Shown here: positions 46,593 to 49,568 of the stretch, in pieces | How positions within the stretch are numbered: the stretch's first letter is position 1 | How the letters are laid out: each line of letters opens with the position of its first letter | Assembly: GCA_003252515.1 (NCBI GenBank) | Contig: QKDR01000143.1 | Span: 1 to 49,568 of the forward strand | Direction: 5' to 3' | Origin: Candidatus Delongbacteria bacterium | GTDB lineage: Bacteria > UBA4055 | Length of the DNA stretch: 49,568 nucleotides | Notes under the pieces: model-generated | What the model was told of the DNA's origin: nothing | What the model saw: only the letters and a program-made list of their open reading frames with translations | Database searches by the model: none | Translations under genes and position numbers: made by a program

Positions 46593-47732
46593 ATGGCCTT
46601 GAAGAAATCAGTCAGATTTTACTCCGGAGCGGAGCTTGTGGGAAAAGCGGCTATAGACGCCGGCTGCAGGTTCTTCGGAGGTTATCCGATCACTCCCTCT
46701 TCGGAGATCGCGGAATACATGTCCGTCGAGATGCCGAAAGTGAACGGAACATACATACAGATGGAAGACGAGATAGGCGCGATGGGTTCTATTATCGGAG
46801 CTTCTCTTACGGGTGCGAAAGTGCTTACCGCGACAAGCGGACCCGGATTTTCGCTTAAACAGGAGAATATCGGTTACGCGTACATGGCTGAGGTCCCCTG
46901 CGTTATATGCAACGTGATGAGAGGCGGCCCGTCAACCGGGCTTCCGACAGCTCTCGCTCAGGCGGACATCATGCAGGCGAAATGGGGTACTCACGGAGAC
47001 CATCCCGTAATAGCTCTGACACCTGCCTATCTGGAAGAAATATACGAACTTACTATCAAGGCGTTCAATTTCGCCGAAATCTACAGGATGCCGATAATGC
47101 TTCTTCTCGACGAGGTAATAGCGCATCTCAGCGCCGCTATCGAACTGCCAAAGAAAGAAATGCTGGTAATAAAAGACCGAAGAAAACCGACAGTACCGCC
47201 GGAAAAATATTTCCCTTACGATACTGCTTATGGAGATGTTCCTCCGATGGCTAATTTCTTTGAAGGCTACAGATACCACGTTACAGGTCTGAGCCATGAT
47301 AAAACCGGATTCCCGACGACAGATCCGGATCTTGTTCAGGCGGATCAGGAAAGACATCTGAGAAAGGTAAAGGCGAACATCAATAATATTATAGACTATG
47401 AATATTATCAGATGAAAGATGCTGAAGTGATAGTTTTCGCATACGGTTCTACGGCCAGAGCGGCCAGAGTAGCGGTTGATAACGCGAGAAAACTCGGCAT
47501 AAAAGTGGGAATGATGAGATTCAGAGTTATCTGGCCTCTTCCCGAGACCGAGATACTCAAGCTCTGCAGCAAGGCTAAAGCGATAATAATACCCGAAATG
47601 AACATGGGCCAGCTCAGCGACGTGATAGAAAGATACGCCGCCGACAGAACGAAAATACTGAGAATAAATCATGTCGGAGGAGTTCCAATTCACCCCACCG
47701 ACATATGCAATGTAATAAAGGAGGCGATATAA
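46593..47732 (+). CDS. 2-oxoacid:ferredoxin oxidoreductase alpha subunit (KorA-like)
   Basis: GYPITPSSE, QMEDE, TATSGPGFSL, RGGPSTGLPT, PEMNMGQ. Confidence 0.95.
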   Translation: MALKKSVRFYSGAELVGKAAIDAGCRFFGGYPITPSSEIAEYMSVEMPKVNGTYIQMEDEIGAMGSIIGASLTGAKVLTATSGPGFSLKQENIGYAYMAEVPCVICNVMRGGPSTGLPTALAQADIMQAKWGTHGDHPVIALTPAYLEEIYELTIKAFNFAEIYRMPIMLLLDEVIAHLSAAIELPKKEMLVIKDRRKPTVPPEKYFPYDTAYGDVPPMANFFEGYRYHVTGLSHDKTGFPTTDPDLVQADQERHLRKVKANINNIIDYEYYQMKDAEVIVFAYGSTARAARVAVDNARKLGIKVGMMRFRVIWPLPETEILKLCSKAKAIIIPEMNMGQLSDVIERYAADRTKILRINHVGGVPIHPTDICNVIKEAI

Positions 47733-48592
47733 TGGCTTTCGAATATGAAAAATATCTCAGAATGGATAAGATCCCGCACCTCTGGTGCCCCGGATGCGGT
47801 ATAGGTGTCGTTCTTAAAGCGATGCTCAGGTCCGTTGAGAACATGGGCTGGGACAAGAACGATATAGCCTTTGTTTCAGGGATCGGTTGTACCAGCAGGG
47901 CGCCCGGATATATTGACTGCAACACTCTTCACACCACTCACGGAAGAGCTTTGTCGTTCGCAACGGGGATCAAACTCGCCCAGCCTGCAAAACATGTAGT
48001 TGTATTCTCGGGCGACGGAGACGCTACGGCGATAGGCGGTAATCATTTCATCCACGCCTGCAGAAGGAATATAGACATAACTCTGGTAGTTGTTAACAAC
48101 AACACTTACGGAATGACCGGAGGGCAGCATTCTCCGACCACTCCGATCGGATACAAAGCAAGTACCACGATCTACGGTAATATAGACCCCACTTTCGACA
48201 TCTGCCTTCTGGCTAAAGCGGCCGGAGCTTCGTATGTTGCCAGAGCTACAGTAAATAAAGGAAAAATGCTGGAGAAATATATCACCAAAGGATTTGAGCA
48301 CAAGGGATTTTCCGTTATAGTCGCGACAGCCAACTGCCACACGCAGTTCGGAAGAAAGAACAAAATGAGCGATCCGATCTCTGCGAGAAAATGGATCGAA
48401 TCCAGAGAGATCCCGATCGACAAAGCAAGAAATATGAAAGCCCTCGAACTTAACGACAAGATAATAACCGGAGAGTTCATCTCCGAAGAACCCGAACAGA
48501 CCTACTGGGAGAATTACAATCACCCGATCCACGAATATACTGAAGCATATCAGAGGATCAGGGAAAAAGCCCAGGCTCAGGACAAACATTAA
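47732..48592 (+). CDS. 2-oxoacid:ferredoxin oxidoreductase beta subunit (KorB-like, TPP-binding)
   Basis: WCPGCG, SGIGC, HTTHGRA, GDGD...NN, YGMTGGQ. ATG 47732 overlaps the alpha stop and follows GGAGG. Confidence 0.95.
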   Translation: MAFEYEKYLRMDKIPHLWCPGCGIGVVLKAMLRSVENMGWDKNDIAFVSGIGCTSRAPGYIDCNTLHTTHGRALSFATGIKLAQPAKHVVVFSGDGDATAIGGNHFIHACRRNIDITLVVVNNNTYGMTGGQHSPTTPIGYKASTTIYGNIDPTFDICLLAKAAGASYVARATVNKGKMLEKYITKGFEHKGFSVIVATANCHTQFGRKNKMSDPISARKWIESREIPIDKARNMKALELNDKIITGEFISEEPEQTYWENYNHPIHEYTEAYQRIREKAQAQDKH

Positions 48593-48612
48593 TTACGACG
48601 GAGACCAAAGGA

Positions 48613-49230
48613 ATGAAAACAGATCATTATGAAGCCCGTTTTGCCGGAGTAGGCGGTCAGGGTGTTATACTTGCGGGAAAGATACTCGCGTACGGCATGG
48701 TCAGCTTTGAGGAATGCAGAGCTATCGAAACTCCCACTTACACCGCTCAGGTAAGAGGCGGAGCCACCAAAGTTGATGTCGTTATAGATAAAAATCACAT
48801 TGAATATCCGAGGACCGAGAACCTTGATTTCTTTCTCTGCCTTCATCAGAAATCTTTCAACATCTACTTTAAGGAGATAAAGTCTGACGCTATAGTGGTT
48901 GTCGACCCTAACCTCACACCCAGCATACCTGAAAAAATCACTCAGAAGCTTGTACTTGTAGATCTTATAGATATCGCTAAGAAACAGATGGGTAAAACAC
49001 TTTATGCGGCCGTTATCGCAGTCGGTATTTTTGCGGGAATGACAAAAGTTATCAAAGAAAGCAATATTCAGAAAGCTGTTCTTGACAAAGCTCCAAAGGG
49101 AACAGAAATAGAGAACCTGAAAGCTGTAAAGCTTGGTCTTGAACTGGGTAAGAAAGCTCTTAGATCAAAAGACGCTATCGTGAAACTGACGGTGGAAGAC
49201 GCGTTCATTCCGCCCAACGCCGATAAATAA
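48613..49230 (+). CDS. 2-oxoacid:ferredoxin oxidoreductase gamma subunit
   Basis: FAGVGGQGVILAG, YTAQVRGG. Confidence 0.93.
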   Translation: MKTDHYEARFAGVGGQGVILAGKILAYGMVSFEECRAIETPTYTAQVRGGATKVDVVIDKNHIEYPRTENLDFFLCLHQKSFNIYFKEIKSDAIVVVDPNLTPSIPEKITQKLVLVDLIDIAKKQMGKTLYAAVIAVGIFAGMTKVIKESNIQKAVLDKAPKGTEIENLKAVKLGLELGKKALRSKDAIVKLTVEDAFIPPNADK

Positions 49231-49245
49231 ACCCGGGAACGAACT

Positions 49246-49568
49246 ATGCTTGAACTCAGTCTTTGTATGGTCAAACCCCATGCTTTCGCGACAAAAAAGC
49301 TTGGTACGATCATATCTATGCTTGAAAAAAATGATTTCCATATTGTCGGTATCAAATCCGTAAAGCTGACACCGGAACTGGCAAAAAGATTTTATTTTGT
49401 ACACGACGGTAAAGAATTTTTCGGAAGACTTACCGATTATATGAGTTCCGATACCGTGGCGGCTATTTGCGTTGAAAAAGAGAACTGCGTTGCCGATCTC
49501 AGAAAACTTGTCGGAGCCACCGATCCGGCAAAAGCCGAAGAGGGCACGATCAGAAGAACATGCGGTAC
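49246..49568 (+). CDS. ndk: Nucleoside diphosphate kinase (partial, runs off the window end)
   Basis: Manual translation: MLELSLCMVKPHA...FYFVHDGKEFFGRLTDYMSS...LRKLVGATDPAKAEEGTIR. Confidence 0.94.
   Translation, partial: MLELSLCMVKPHAFATKKLGTIISMLEKNDFHIVGIKSVKLTPELAKRFYFVHDGKEFFGRLTDYMSSDTVAAICVEKENCVADLRKLVGATDPAKAEEGTIRRTCG

Noticed and set aside
46932-48589. Long antisense ORFs (253 aa and 237 aa), and similar ones opposite ftcd, fabF, thrS, ileS and purL
   Set aside because: They lie wholly opposite conserved genes and have no recognisable motifs. They are expected shadows of codon bias.
29187-48592. Apparently higher GC in the right half, suggesting horizontal transfer or a chimeric join
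   Set aside because: Judged by eye only. It tracks highly expressed housekeeping genes, the promoter style is the same on both sides, and I saw no mobility genes or junction repeats.

Overview
A gene-dense bacterial chromosomal window made up mostly of housekeeping genes. The T9SS-type C-terminal sorting domain, the ileS-dksA-lspA gene order and the GT2/CoA-binding fusion suggest an anaerobic Gram-negative FCB-group organism; this taxonomy is an inference. Recognisable genes include ftcd, tsaC, pdxJ, rlmH, an ECF sigma/anti-sigma pair, tRNA-Arg(CCU), truA, sppA, purE, acpP-fabF-rnc, thrS-infC-rpmI-rplT, ileS-dksA-lspA, purL, arcC, a four-subunit 2-oxoacid:ferredoxin oxidoreductase and ndk. 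I found no mobile element or CRISPR array. Three things stand out. (1) ORFs 24508-24726 and 25012-26043 form one reading frame broken by a single TGA in a CxxU motif, followed by a SECIS-like hairpin. This predicts a 511-aa exported selenoprotein with a signal peptide, thioredoxin-like fold, beta-sandwich region and T9SS-like tail. (2) A HesB/IscA-like selenoprotein gene (40623-40928, minus strand) is absent from the ORF track and independently supports UGA-to-Sec recoding. (3) An uninterrupted 993-aa DnaE paralog appears to have lost all three catalytic aspartates and several PHP metal ligands but keeps a beta-clamp-binding motif, making it a candidate pseudo-polymerase. All homology calls come from motif recognition by eye; no searches were run.
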